A program made the position numbers and the translations under genes. This document shows, piece after piece, positions 31,092-40,608 of a stretch of DNA of 64,000 nt. Source of the stretch: Longimicrobiales bacterium (GTDB taxonomy: Bacteria; Gemmatimonadota; Gemmatimonadetes; Longimicrobiales; Gaopeijiaceae); contig CAXXKM010000003.1 in assembly GCA_963664435.2 (NCBI GenBank), positions 736,001 to 800,000 of the forward strand. Reading direction: 5' to 3'. Position 1 is the first letter of the stretch, and every line of letters begins with the position of its first letter. Under the pieces are notes generated by a model. The model saw only the letters and a list, made by a program, of their open reading frames with translations, had not been told where the DNA came from and searched no databases.

Positions 31092-31760
31092 TCATCCCGC
31101 TCCGGTCGTCCCGGTAGCGGGGCGGTCACCGCCGATGAACGCGCGAAGTTCGCGGATGTCCTCCCGTGTGCGGTTCTCCGACTCCTGGATGCTGGTATCC
31201 ATCCGCGTCTCCAACTCACGGATGTCCCCGCGGGTGCGGTTCTCCGACTCCTGGATGCTGGTATCCATCCGCGTCTCCAACTCGCGGATGTCCCCGCGGG
31301 TGCGGTTCTCCGACTCCTGGATCCGGGCATTCATCCGCGTGTCCAACTCGCGGATGTCCTCGCGGGTGCGGTTCTCCGACTCCTGGATCCGGGTGTCCAT
31401 CCGCGTGTCCAACTCGCGGATGTCCTCGCGGGTGCGGTTCTCCGACTCCTGGATCCGGGCATCCATCCGCGTGTCCAACTCACGGATGTCCTCGCGGGTG
31501 CGGTTCTCCGATTCCTGAAGGCGGGTATCCATGCGCGTGTCCAACTCGCGGATGGTTTCGCGGGTCCGGTTCCCCGATTCGCGCGCGCGGTGATCCATCC
31601 GGTCCATGCGAGCGGACAGGCCATCTCCCAGCCCCTTGATGGACTTGGCGATCCGCTCATGCGCGTCCCGGCCTTCGCGTCGGATGCTGGCCAGAAAAGG
31701 AATGAACGCGGCCGCCAGGGCGATGCCCGTACCAAACACTCCGATCAATTCAGGACTCAT
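31092..31760 (-). CDS. Membrane-anchored coiled-coil protein with 22-aa repeats
   Basis: Hydrophobic N-terminus followed by repeats of IRELDTRMDxRIQESENRTRED. Confidence 0.75.
   Translation of the reverse strand: MSPELIGVFGTGIALAAAFIPFLASIRREGRDAHERIAKSIKGLGDGLSARMDRMDHRARESGNRTRETIRELDTRMDTRLQESENRTREDIRELDTRMDARIQESENRTREDIRELDTRMDTRIQESENRTREDIRELDTRMNARIQESENRTRGDIRELETRMDTSIQESENRTRGDIRELETRMDTSIQESENRTREDIRELRAFIGGDRPATGTTGAG
31150..31580. repeat. 66-bp tandem repeat, about 6.5 copies
   Basis: CGGATGTCC...GTGCGGTTCTCCGACTCCTGGAT recurs every 66 bp (31153, 31219, ...). Confidence 0.92.
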
Positions 31761-31933
31761 GCGCGCCTCGCGTTCCAGAGCTGGAGGGAGGTGGGTGACG
31801 CCGCGAGCGCGAGTGCGTGAATGGCTGGGGGGCCGCGAGGCCGTCAGGTCGTGTCGTGGAAACCGCCGGGCGACGGGTACGGTAACAAACTAATTCCGTG
31901 ACCTCGGCTTCGTCCATGTCGGTTTGGGACCGC

Positions 31934-33136
31934 TCAGGTCCTCACCAGAAACGCCAGCAGGAGGCCGGGGAAGAGCACGAACGAGTACAGGTTCCACACC
32001 ACGAACCCCTTGATCAGCGTCCAGCGCCATCCATCGCCATAGAACCTGCGCATGGCGATGAGGACATAGATCGGGGAAACAAGGATCAGGAACAGCTTCA
32101 CCCAGTTGCCGGCGGCTTCGCCGGGCACCAGCAGCGCCGCCGCCAGCACCAGGAACAGGAAGGTGTGGATGTGCATGCCGAACACCAGGTGCTCGACGAA
32201 GAACCTCTTCCTGCGGTAGTAGCAGACGCCGAGGATCAGGGCGAAGACCGGGAGCAGGAAGAACATCGCGATCGGCAGATTGCCGATGGCCTGCTGCAGG
32301 AAGGCCCGAGGGTCGTGGAAGAGGTCGATCAGGAGGCCGCGCCCGTAGCGAGTGAGCCATCCGGGCACGCCACTGCCGCGCTCGCCCGGATCCGCCGATG
32401 CGACGAGGCCGCGGACCACCTGCTTCGCGACCGGCTCGCCCGGTCGGCCCATGATGTCATCCACCTTGCGGGCGTGTTCGGGTAGCAGCCGAGCCTTGAA
32501 GGCTTCGAGTTGGGCGGAATCCACCGCTTGGCTCCCCTGTTCGTCTCCCGTGCCCAGCTGCGCTTCCGCCGCGGCCGCCAGTGCGCTCGCAGTGCCTGCC
32601 GGTGCACCATCGGCAAGGGTACTGTCCGCCGGTGTGTCCGCCGCCAGCGAACTATCCGCAAGCGCGCCATCCACAAGCGCACCAAGCCCGAGTCCCGCCG
32701 GAAGCCCGCGATCGGCAAGCGCGCTGTCCACCGCCGCCAGCACGCTGTCGGCCACCGCTCGGGCGCTGTCCGCCGCTACCGGATCGTCGCCGGCGTCCAT
32801 CTGCAGATCCATATCGGACCGGTCCAGGTTCCGCAGCCATCCCCCCGCTGAAATCGACAGCACCAGGAAGAACAGGAAGCTGGTGAAGAGGTAGAGCCGG
32901 ACCGGCGACATGTAGGCGGCACGGCGGTTGCAGGAGAATTCGCTCGACAGGTGTCCGGGCCTGAAGAGCAGGGACTTCAGCGTGCGGAAGAGCCTGGAGT
33001 CCAGCTCGAACATCTCGCGGAAGAACTCGTACACCACCGACCAGAGCCCGCGCATGTAGTCGCGGTCGTTCTGGCCGCACTGGCTGCAGAAGCGGTCGGG
33101 GCGGCCCGACCCGCAATTGGGGCAGATCTCAGTCAA
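31934..33136 (-). CDS. DUF3667 domain membrane protein
   Basis: CPNCG...FCSQCGQ, LLFRPGHLS.EF..NRR..YMSPVRLYLF, EHLVFGMH; TTG start at 33136. Confidence 0.85.
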   Translation of the reverse strand: MTEICPNCGSGRPDRFCSQCGQNDRDYMRGLWSVVYEFFREMFELDSRLFRTLKSLLFRPGHLSSEFSCNRRAAYMSPVRLYLFTSFLFFLVLSISAGGWLRNLDRSDMDLQMDAGDDPVAADSARAVADSVLAAVDSALADRGLPAGLGLGALVDGALADSSLAADTPADSTLADGAPAGTASALAAAAEAQLGTGDEQGSQAVDSAQLEAFKARLLPEHARKVDDIMGRPGEPVAKQVVRGLVASADPGERGSGVPGWLTRYGRGLLIDLFHDPRAFLQQAIGNLPIAMFFLLPVFALILGVCYYRRKRFFVEHLVFGMHIHTFLFLVLAAALLVPGEAAGNWVKLFLILVSPIYVLIAMRRFYGDGWRWTLIKGFVVWNLYSFVLFPGLLLAFLVRT

Positions 33137-33141
33137 GATCC

Positions 33142-33843
33142 CTAGAACGGATTCGTCGCGAAGACCGACAACTCGGGCACGAAGCCGCGGGAATCCACCT
33201 TGAGCGCGCCCACCACCGCGCTGGCGATCTCCCTGGGGGTGAGCTTCTTGTCGGAGCGCTCGCGCTCGACGCCCGCCTTGGCCGCGAAGTTGGTCATGAC
33301 CTCGCTCGGATTCACGAGCGTGACCCGGATGTCGTGGCGGCGGAGCTCGTCGCGCCAGCATTCGGTCATGCCGCGCAGCGCGAACTTGGAGGAGGCGTAG
33401 GCGGTGCGTCCGCCGCTCCCCCGGAGCCCCGAAGTGGACGCGATGTTGATCAGTTCGCCGCTTCCCCGATCGATGAAGTGACGGGCGGCCTCGCGCGCCA
33501 TCAGGAAGGCCCCGAAGACGTTGGTGCGGTACACCTTCTCAAGCTCCTCGAGCGTCATGTCCACCAGTGGCTTGAAGAGGCCGAAGCCGGCGTTGTTGAC
33601 GAGGATGTCGAGGTGGCCGTGCTTCCTGATCACCTCGCTGACGGTGTGCACCGCGTCCTCCTCGACGCTCACGTCGCCCGCGATCCAGTCCGCCCCGATT
33701 TCGTCCGCGATCACGGCAAGGAAATCCCTCCGGCGGCCCGTGATGGTGACCCTCGAACCCTCGCCGATCAGCGCTTCGGCGATGGCGCGCCCGATCCCCT
33801 CGGACCCGCCGGTGACCAGCGCGACGGCATTGTTGAGTTCCAT
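33142..33843 (-). CDS. Short-chain dehydrogenase/reductase
   Basis: TGGSEGIG, NNAG, YASSK. Confidence 0.92.
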   Translation of the reverse strand: MELNNAVALVTGGSEGIGRAIAEALIGEGSRVTITGRRRDFLAVIADEIGADWIAGDVSVEEDAVHTVSEVIRKHGHLDILVNNAGFGLFKPLVDMTLEELEKVYRTNVFGAFLMAREAARHFIDRGSGELINIASTSGLRGSGGRTAYASSKFALRGMTECWRDELRRHDIRVTLVNPSEVMTNFAAKAGVERERSDKKLTPREIASAVVGALKVDSRGFVPELSVFATNPF

Positions 33844-33876
33844 GGATGTCTCGGGCTGGATGGGAGGGGTGGCAGG

Positions 33877-34839
33877 CTACGGTGAGGTGGTGGCCCGTCC
33901 GGGCGGGGGTGTGATGGGGAACGCGGTGACGGCTTCGACGATCCCGCGCGCGACCAGTTCCGGCTGCGACACGATGACTCCGCGGTCGGCGGCGCTGGTG
34001 AGGAAGCCGGTCTCGATGATCACCGCGATGGTCATGGGATGCAGGGCGTGCTCGTAGCGACGGAAGTTGAAGGCGTAGTAGTTGCGCATGCGCCGGGTCA
34101 CGGTCGGGAGGCGCCTGATGCCGGTCACCTCGCCGTATTTCCGGTTGAGCAGGTCGACGAAGGCGGAGGCGCGGCCGGTGGCGTCGCGGCCCGGGGCCGC
34201 CACCCGGTAGCCCGTCGCGCCGGGGTCGTTGCTCGCGTCGGCGTGGATGGCGATGAAGAGGTGGGCGCGGTAGTCGGGGGGCACCACGGCGGGCAGGATG
34301 TCGACCACGTAGCCCTGGTCTTCCAGCATGGCGCCGGTCTGGCGCGCGATTTCCAGGTTCACCTCCCACTCGGCGAGCCCGTTCCAACTGGTCCCGTTGC
34401 GCCGCAGTCCCGACAGTTCGCGGGGGGCCTCCTCGGTTCGCCAGTGCCCCACCTGCAGGGCGATGCGCACAGGGCCGTCGGGGGCACGCCACTCCTCCGG
34501 GGTGGGGATGGGGCCGGGGTAGCGGTTGTAGTTCCGCCACCGGCGGCGGCGCGGTGCCTCCTGGGGCGGGGCCTCCTGCGCTTCCTGCACGGTTGGGGTG
34601 GCCGGGGCCGCGGGGCGCGGCGGGACGGCCGCGGATGCACTGCTGCCCGCCGGCTCGTTCGGGGCCGCGGCGGCCGGGGCCGGAGCCTCCGCCGGCAAGG
34701 TTGGCGCGGCAACCTCGTGGGTCGGCTCGACCTGGTCCACCGAGGCCGCTCCCGCGGCGGACGCCTCGCTGCCGAAGAAGATTCTCGTCAACACGAGCAG
34801 CACCAGCACGCCAACGCCCACCAACCCGATCTTCTTCAC
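33877..34839 (-). CDS. N-acetylmuramoyl-L-alanine amidase (Amidase_3)
   Basis: ALQVGH, EWEVNL, FIAIHAD, IETGFL; N-terminal anchor and Pro/Ala linker. Confidence 0.8.
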   Translation of the reverse strand: MKKIGLVGVGVLVLLVLTRIFFGSEASAAGAASVDQVEPTHEVAAPTLPAEAPAPAAAAPNEPAGSSASAAVPPRPAAPATPTVQEAQEAPPQEAPRRRRWRNYNRYPGPIPTPEEWRAPDGPVRIALQVGHWRTEEAPRELSGLRRNGTSWNGLAEWEVNLEIARQTGAMLEDQGYVVDILPAVVPPDYRAHLFIAIHADASNDPGATGYRVAAPGRDATGRASAFVDLLNRKYGEVTGIRRLPTVTRRMRNYYAFNFRRYEHALHPMTIAVIIETGFLTSAADRGVIVSQPELVARGIVEAVTAFPITPPPGRATTSP

Positions 34840-35801
34840 GGAGAGTCTCCTTCCGAGGTCATGTTGCCCAGTGCCAGCGCGAATCGGCCCCTCTCGTCAG
34901 TCCACCAGCGCACCGGATTCAGGCCCGCCTGCCGCAGCAGCGAGCACACCGCCGTCCGGTCGTACTTGCAACTGATCTCCGTGCGCAGCGTCTCGCCTTG
35001 CTGGAAGCATATCACCGGACCGCCGGGCAAGGCCACCGCATGCGCCGAGAGGGCTTCCAAGTGCATCTCGATGCGCGTTTTGTCGGCATTGTACCACGCA
35101 CGGTGCCGAAAGCGCGAGGGATCGAAGTCGGTGCCGAAACGGGCGTTCAGCACGCGCAGCAGGTTGCGGTTGAATTCCGCGGTCACTCCTTCGGCGTCGT
35201 TGTAGGCCGCCTCGAGAGCCTTGAGCGACTTGCCGGCCCCCGGCCGTAGATCCGCGCCCAGCAGGAACACGTCCCCATCGCGCATTCCGGAGGTCAGCCC
35301 GGCGATCATGCGCACCGCCTCCTGATGGGTGAAGTTGCCGATCGTGCTCCCCAGAAGCGCGTAGATGCAGGGTGCCTGCGGCCGGGCGGCGAGCCGGAAT
35401 CCCCGCTCCATGTCCGCCACCTCGGGCCGCACCTCCAGCGCAGGATACTCGTCGCGCAGCCGGTTCGCTGTTTCGAGCAGGAAGTCCTTGCTGACATCCA
35501 CCGGAACGTAGACCGCGGCTCTCCCTCCCTCCGTCATCGCGTCCAGCAGGATCCGCGTCTTGCGCGCGCTCCCCGCTCCGAGCTCGACCAGGGCGCGCGG
35601 CCGCACCTCCTCGATCAGCCCGGACACGATGCGGGTCAGCAGTCCGCGCTCGGCGCGGGTGAGATAGTATTCCGGGAGCCGCGTGATGGCCTCGAAGAGC
35701 TCCGATCCGCGCTCGTCGTAGAAGTAGCGCGAAGAGACCGTTTTCGGCGTGCGCGCCAGACCGCGCGCCAGTTCGCTCAGTTCCTCGCGTCGCTCGCGCA
35801 C
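34836..35801 (-). CDS. egtD: L-histidine N-alpha-methyltransferase
   Basis: YFYDERGSELFEAIT.LPEYYLTRAE, ELGAGS, GSTIGNF, AYND..GVTAEFN, RTEISCKY. Confidence 0.95.
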   Translation of the reverse strand: MRERREELSELARGLARTPKTVSSRYFYDERGSELFEAITRLPEYYLTRAERGLLTRIVSGLIEEVRPRALVELGAGSARKTRILLDAMTEGGRAAVYVPVDVSKDFLLETANRLRDEYPALEVRPEVADMERGFRLAARPQAPCIYALLGSTIGNFTHQEAVRMIAGLTSGMRDGDVFLLGADLRPGAGKSLKALEAAYNDAEGVTAEFNRNLLRVLNARFGTDFDPSRFRHRAWYNADKTRIEMHLEALSAHAVALPGGPVICFQQGETLRTEISCKYDRTAVCSLLRQAGLNPVRWWTDERGRFALALGNMTSEGDSP

Positions 35802-37093
35802 CTGAACCCCGAGAAGATCTGCCTGCGCTGCGGATAGTCCCAGTTGCGGAAGGTGTTGCGGACCGCGCCCGGGCGCGTGGCCCAGGATCCGCCGCGCAGC
35901 ACCCGGTATTCGTCCCCGAAGAAGACCTCCGAGTATTCCGGGTACGGGAAGGCCTCGAACCCCGGATAGGGAAGGAAGTGCGACGATGTCCATTCCCAGA
36001 CGTCGCCGATCATTCCGTAGCAGCCGAGCGGCGACACGTTGACGGGATGGCTCCCCGGAGGAGCCGGTCCGAGGCGGACGGCGTCCAGGTTGGCGCGCGA
36101 TGGCGTGGCGGGCTCATCGCCCCATGGATACCGGGACGCGCGTTCCCCGGCCGGATCCCAGCCGGCTGCAACCTCCCACTCCGCTTCGGTGGGAAGCCGC
36201 TTCCCGGCCCGGCGCGCGAACGCGTCGGCCTCGTACCAGGAGACGTGGCACACCGGAAGCGCGGAATCGACCGGAGCCTCGCGGCCCAGGGTTCGTGTCC
36301 ACCACACGCCGTCTCGCCGGAACCAGAAGAGGGGGGCCTCCGCACGCTCGCCGGCGCGCCACGCGAGCCCGGCCTCGCTCCAGTGCGCATCGGTCCGGTA
36401 GCCGCCCGCCGCGATGAAGTCCATGAAGGCGGCGTTGTCGACGGGATGGCGGTCGATGCGGAAGGGTTCCACCCGCAGGCGGGTGCGCGGGCGCTCGTTG
36501 TCGTAGGCCTGCGACCGGTCGTCGGTGCCGACGAAGACATCGCCCCCGGGGAAGTGGACCATGTCGCCGCGGCGCGTCTCGCCCGGTCCGCTCCTCCCGC
36601 AATCCATCCCGAGCCCCTCGTACGGCGCGCCGTCCATCAACTGCAGCGTCTGCAGGATGGTCTCGTTGTGCTGGTACTCGTGCTGGAGCACCATGTTGAA
36701 GACGTAGCCCCCGCGGAGAAGCGGGGTATCGGCGCGCGGGTCGATCCCTTCCAGCTTGCGGAGCACGGCACGGCGCACGTCGTCCAGGTAGTCGAGACAG
36801 GTCGCCCGGTCCGGGAGCGGCAGCCGGTCGCGGGTGGCGCGAGGATGCCGGAACGCGTCGTAGATCCCGCGCAGTCCCTCCGCTCCCGAGCCGGCGCCGT
36901 CGATGTTCTCGAGCAGCCACACTTCCTCGAAGTGCGCGATGTGGCCCAGGTCCCAGACGATGGGCGACATGAGCGGATCGTGCTGGCGCGTCACGTCGGA
37001 GTCGCTAAGCGGAGCGGCGAGTTGGAGAGTACGGTCACGGGCTTCAGCCAGGCGATCACGCAGGAGCCCGGGTTGTAGGGCGGCTGCCGTCAT
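35777..37093 (-). CDS. egtB: Ergothioneine sulfoxide synthase (DinB + FGE domains)
   Basis: LMSPIVWDLGH, QHEYQHNET iron ligands, RLPTEAEWE, RNWDYPQRRQIFSGFRCA; adjacent to egtD. Confidence 0.92.
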   Translation of the reverse strand: MTAAALQPGLLRDRLAEARDRTLQLAAPLSDSDVTRQHDPLMSPIVWDLGHIAHFEEVWLLENIDGAGSGAEGLRGIYDAFRHPRATRDRLPLPDRATCLDYLDDVRRAVLRKLEGIDPRADTPLLRGGYVFNMVLQHEYQHNETILQTLQLMDGAPYEGLGMDCGRSGPGETRRGDMVHFPGGDVFVGTDDRSQAYDNERPRTRLRVEPFRIDRHPVDNAAFMDFIAAGGYRTDAHWSEAGLAWRAGERAEAPLFWFRRDGVWWTRTLGREAPVDSALPVCHVSWYEADAFARRAGKRLPTEAEWEVAAGWDPAGERASRYPWGDEPATPSRANLDAVRLGPAPPGSHPVNVSPLGCYGMIGDVWEWTSSHFLPYPGFEAFPYPEYSEVFFGDEYRVLRGGSWATRPGAVRNTFRNWDYPQRRQIFSGFRCASDARN

Positions 37094-37269
37094 TGTCCGG
37101 GACCTTGCGTCTCGGCTACCATGGAGCGCCCGTGCCAGGGAGGAAGCGCATTATGAGATGTAACCCTTTGATGGATTCGACCCCTTGGATCCGTGGTTGA
37201 GACGAGGCCCAGGTGGTCCTGGAACATGCCGAACCATAAGGTGCCGTTGCCGGGCGCGAATGCAAGCCA

Positions 37270-37377
37270 GCGCCGGACACGGTCCTGAACCCGTGCGCGC
37301 CGGACACGGTGCTAAACGCGTGCGCGCCGGATACGGTGCTGAACCCGCCAGCGGCGTATGCGGCCCTGAACCCGTGG
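37270..37377. repeat. 27-bp tandem repeat, 4 diverged copies, intergenic
   Basis: GCGCCGGACACGGTCCTGAACCCGTGC-like units at 37270, 37297, 37324 and 37351. Confidence 0.85.
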
Positions 37378-37387
37378 GTGCTGGCGC

Positions 37388-38256
<869 letters not shown>

Positions 38257-38260
<4 letters not shown>

Positions 38261-40044
38261 GAATGGGACGCGTGGCACTGCTCCTGGTCGCGGTCGCCGC
38301 AGCCGGAGGAGCCGCCGGCCAGCCCGCGGTACTCTCCGGCCAGGCAGCATTACTCGCTGGCCAGCCCACGCTATTTGCCCGGGAGCCCGCGCCAGCCTCC
38401 CGCCGGCCCGTGCCATCCGCCGACCTGCCCGGATCATCCGCCGACCTGCCCGGGTCGCCCGCCCGGTCCGCCCAATCCGCCCCGAGCAGTCGAACTCCCG
38501 TCATCATCGCTTCCAAACCCTTTGCCGAGTCCTACATCCTGGCCGAGATCTTCGCGCAACTCCTGGAGGCCCGCGGCATCGCCGTCGACCGGCGTTTCGG
38601 CCTCGGAGCCACCGAGATCGCCTTCGGAGCGCTGCGGGAGGGCGCCATCGACGTCTACCCCGAGTACACGGGCACCGCACTCGCGGCCATCCTCGGAGAC
38701 GAACTGCAGGCCGATGCCGAGGCCGTTTTTCGCCATGTGGCGGGCGCCTTTCGCGAACGATGGGACGCGCGCTGGCTTGCTCCGCTCGGGTTCGAGAACA
38801 CGTACGCCATCGCGGTGCGTCGGGAGACCGCGGAAGCGTTGGAGCTTGCGACGCTGAGCGATCTGGCGCGCGAGGCCGGCGGGCTCCGGGCAGGTTTCAC
38901 ACCGGACTTCATCGGGCGCTCCGATGGGCTGCCGGGACTGCGCGCCGCCTATGGCTTCGAGGCGGCCGAAGTTCTGCCGCTGCTGCAGGCGGTCAAGTAC
39001 GAGGCGCTTGTCGAATCCGGCGTCGACGTGATCGACGGATACTCGACCGATGGACTGATCGCGCGCTACGACCTCGTGGTGCTCGAGGACGACCGAGGTT
39101 TCTTCCCGCCCTACGAGGCCGCCGGACTCGTCAACGGGGATTTCTGGCGCCGGCGACCGGACGCGATCGCCGCGCTGAGCGAACTCTCGGGCCTGCTCGA
39201 CGAGGAACGCGTGCGGGAGTGGAACCGCCGCGCCGAATCGGACGGTGACCCCGTGGCCGACATCGCCCGTGATGCCCTGGTGGAGCTGGGGCTCGTGGTC
39301 TCCGATGGTGAAGAAACCATGGAACCGAACCTGGCGGAATCGGCCCCACCTCGGGAGTCGGAGCGGGAATCAGCCACGGCCGCGGAGTCCGCCCGGAGCC
39401 CGGTCGTCGGCTTCGCGTCTTACATGTGGCAGAATCGCACCGACATCCTGGGCCATGCGCGCCGGCACATCGTGCTGGTGATCATCTCCCTGGGGGCCGC
39501 CGCGCTGCTCGCGATTCCCGCCGGACTGGTGCTGGTGCGGGCTGCGGGAGGTGCGGAAGGCGTGATCCGCGGCATTGGACTGGTGCAGACCATCCCCAGC
39601 CTCGCCCTCCTCGCCTTCATGATCCCGGCGCTGGGGATCGGTGTCGTGCCGGCCGTCGTCGCCCTCTTCCTCTACTCACTCTTCCCGATCCTGCGCAACA
39701 CCTACACGGGCGTGCGCGACGCGAATCCGGCAGCCGTGGACGCGGCGCGCGCGCTGGGCATGACCCCCGCTCAGCTGCTCAGGCACGTGCGCCTCCCGCT
39801 CGCGGCTCCCGTGATCATGGCGGGTCTCCGCACCGCGGCGGTGATCAACGTAGGAACCGCTACGATCGCGGCCTTCATCGGCGCTGGCGGCCTCGGCGAC
39901 CCCATCGTGGCCGGGCTGGCCCTCTCGGACACGCGCATGATCCTGTCGGGGGCAATCCCGGCCGCAGCGCTTGCCCTCCTGGTGGACGCCGGCCTCGGCC
40001 TCGCGGAAAAGCGGGTGGCGCCGGGCGGGGTGGCGGTGGAGTGA
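38257..40044 (+). CDS. Fused substrate-binding + permease subunit of a betaine-class ABC importer
   Basis: DVYPEYTGT, GFENTYA, YSTDG and FFPPY in the binding domain; QTIPSLAL and AA.ALGMT in the permease. Confidence 0.9.
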
Positions 40045-40608
40045 GCGCGGGCACGGCGGCGCGCGTCCAACGCCCCGAGTCGCGTCGGTCCCGAACCTCT
40101 GCCACAGATCTGGTCCCGAGCGGGGCATGCGCCCGATGCTTGACCCGGAGTGTCCGAGCTCACGGGGACAGTCGGTTGGCGAACCGCGGTTTGCGACGGG
40201 CGGTTGCCGGGTGACAGCCTGTCGCGACGCGGAAAAAAGTTTCCGCGGTAACTTTCCTGGCACTCAACAGCTCGCTGGTTCGTGCGGTGACCGGCGTCGA
40301 ACGGAATGGAAGTCCGGAAGAACGTCCCAGTGAAAGGAGAACAAGCGAGGGTGTCCCATATTTACATCCGATAGTCTTATTTTGCCATTGACGGATTTCG
40401 GAGCCACGAGTCGACAGCATCCGAGATCCTCGCTGGAATAGTCGTCAGACGCGCGGGAAACGCCATTGTAAGCGTCCTGGCAGCATTCTCCTCCACGAAT
40501 GATCCGGGAAGTCGACATTTCCTCTCTGGGGGCATTTGAGAGAGTCGGATATGCTCCCGTTATATTTATCCTTGTGACGAGGGTATCCCCAATTGAAGGA
40601 GCAATCCG

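Noticed and set aside
35777..37093. EgtB as the selenoneine synthase SenA, given the nearby selenoprotein
   Set aside because: No senB glycosyltransferase or selD/senC is adjacent, and the MSPIVWDLGH motif together with egtD/egtC fits a mycobacterial-type EgtB.
40333..40374. Strong SD (AAAGGAGA) followed by the 7-codon ORF MSHIYIR
   Set aside because: Too short to support without conservation data.
40264..40518. 84-aa minus-strand ORF upstream of the HNH gene
   Set aside because: No recognisable motif and poor SD spacing.
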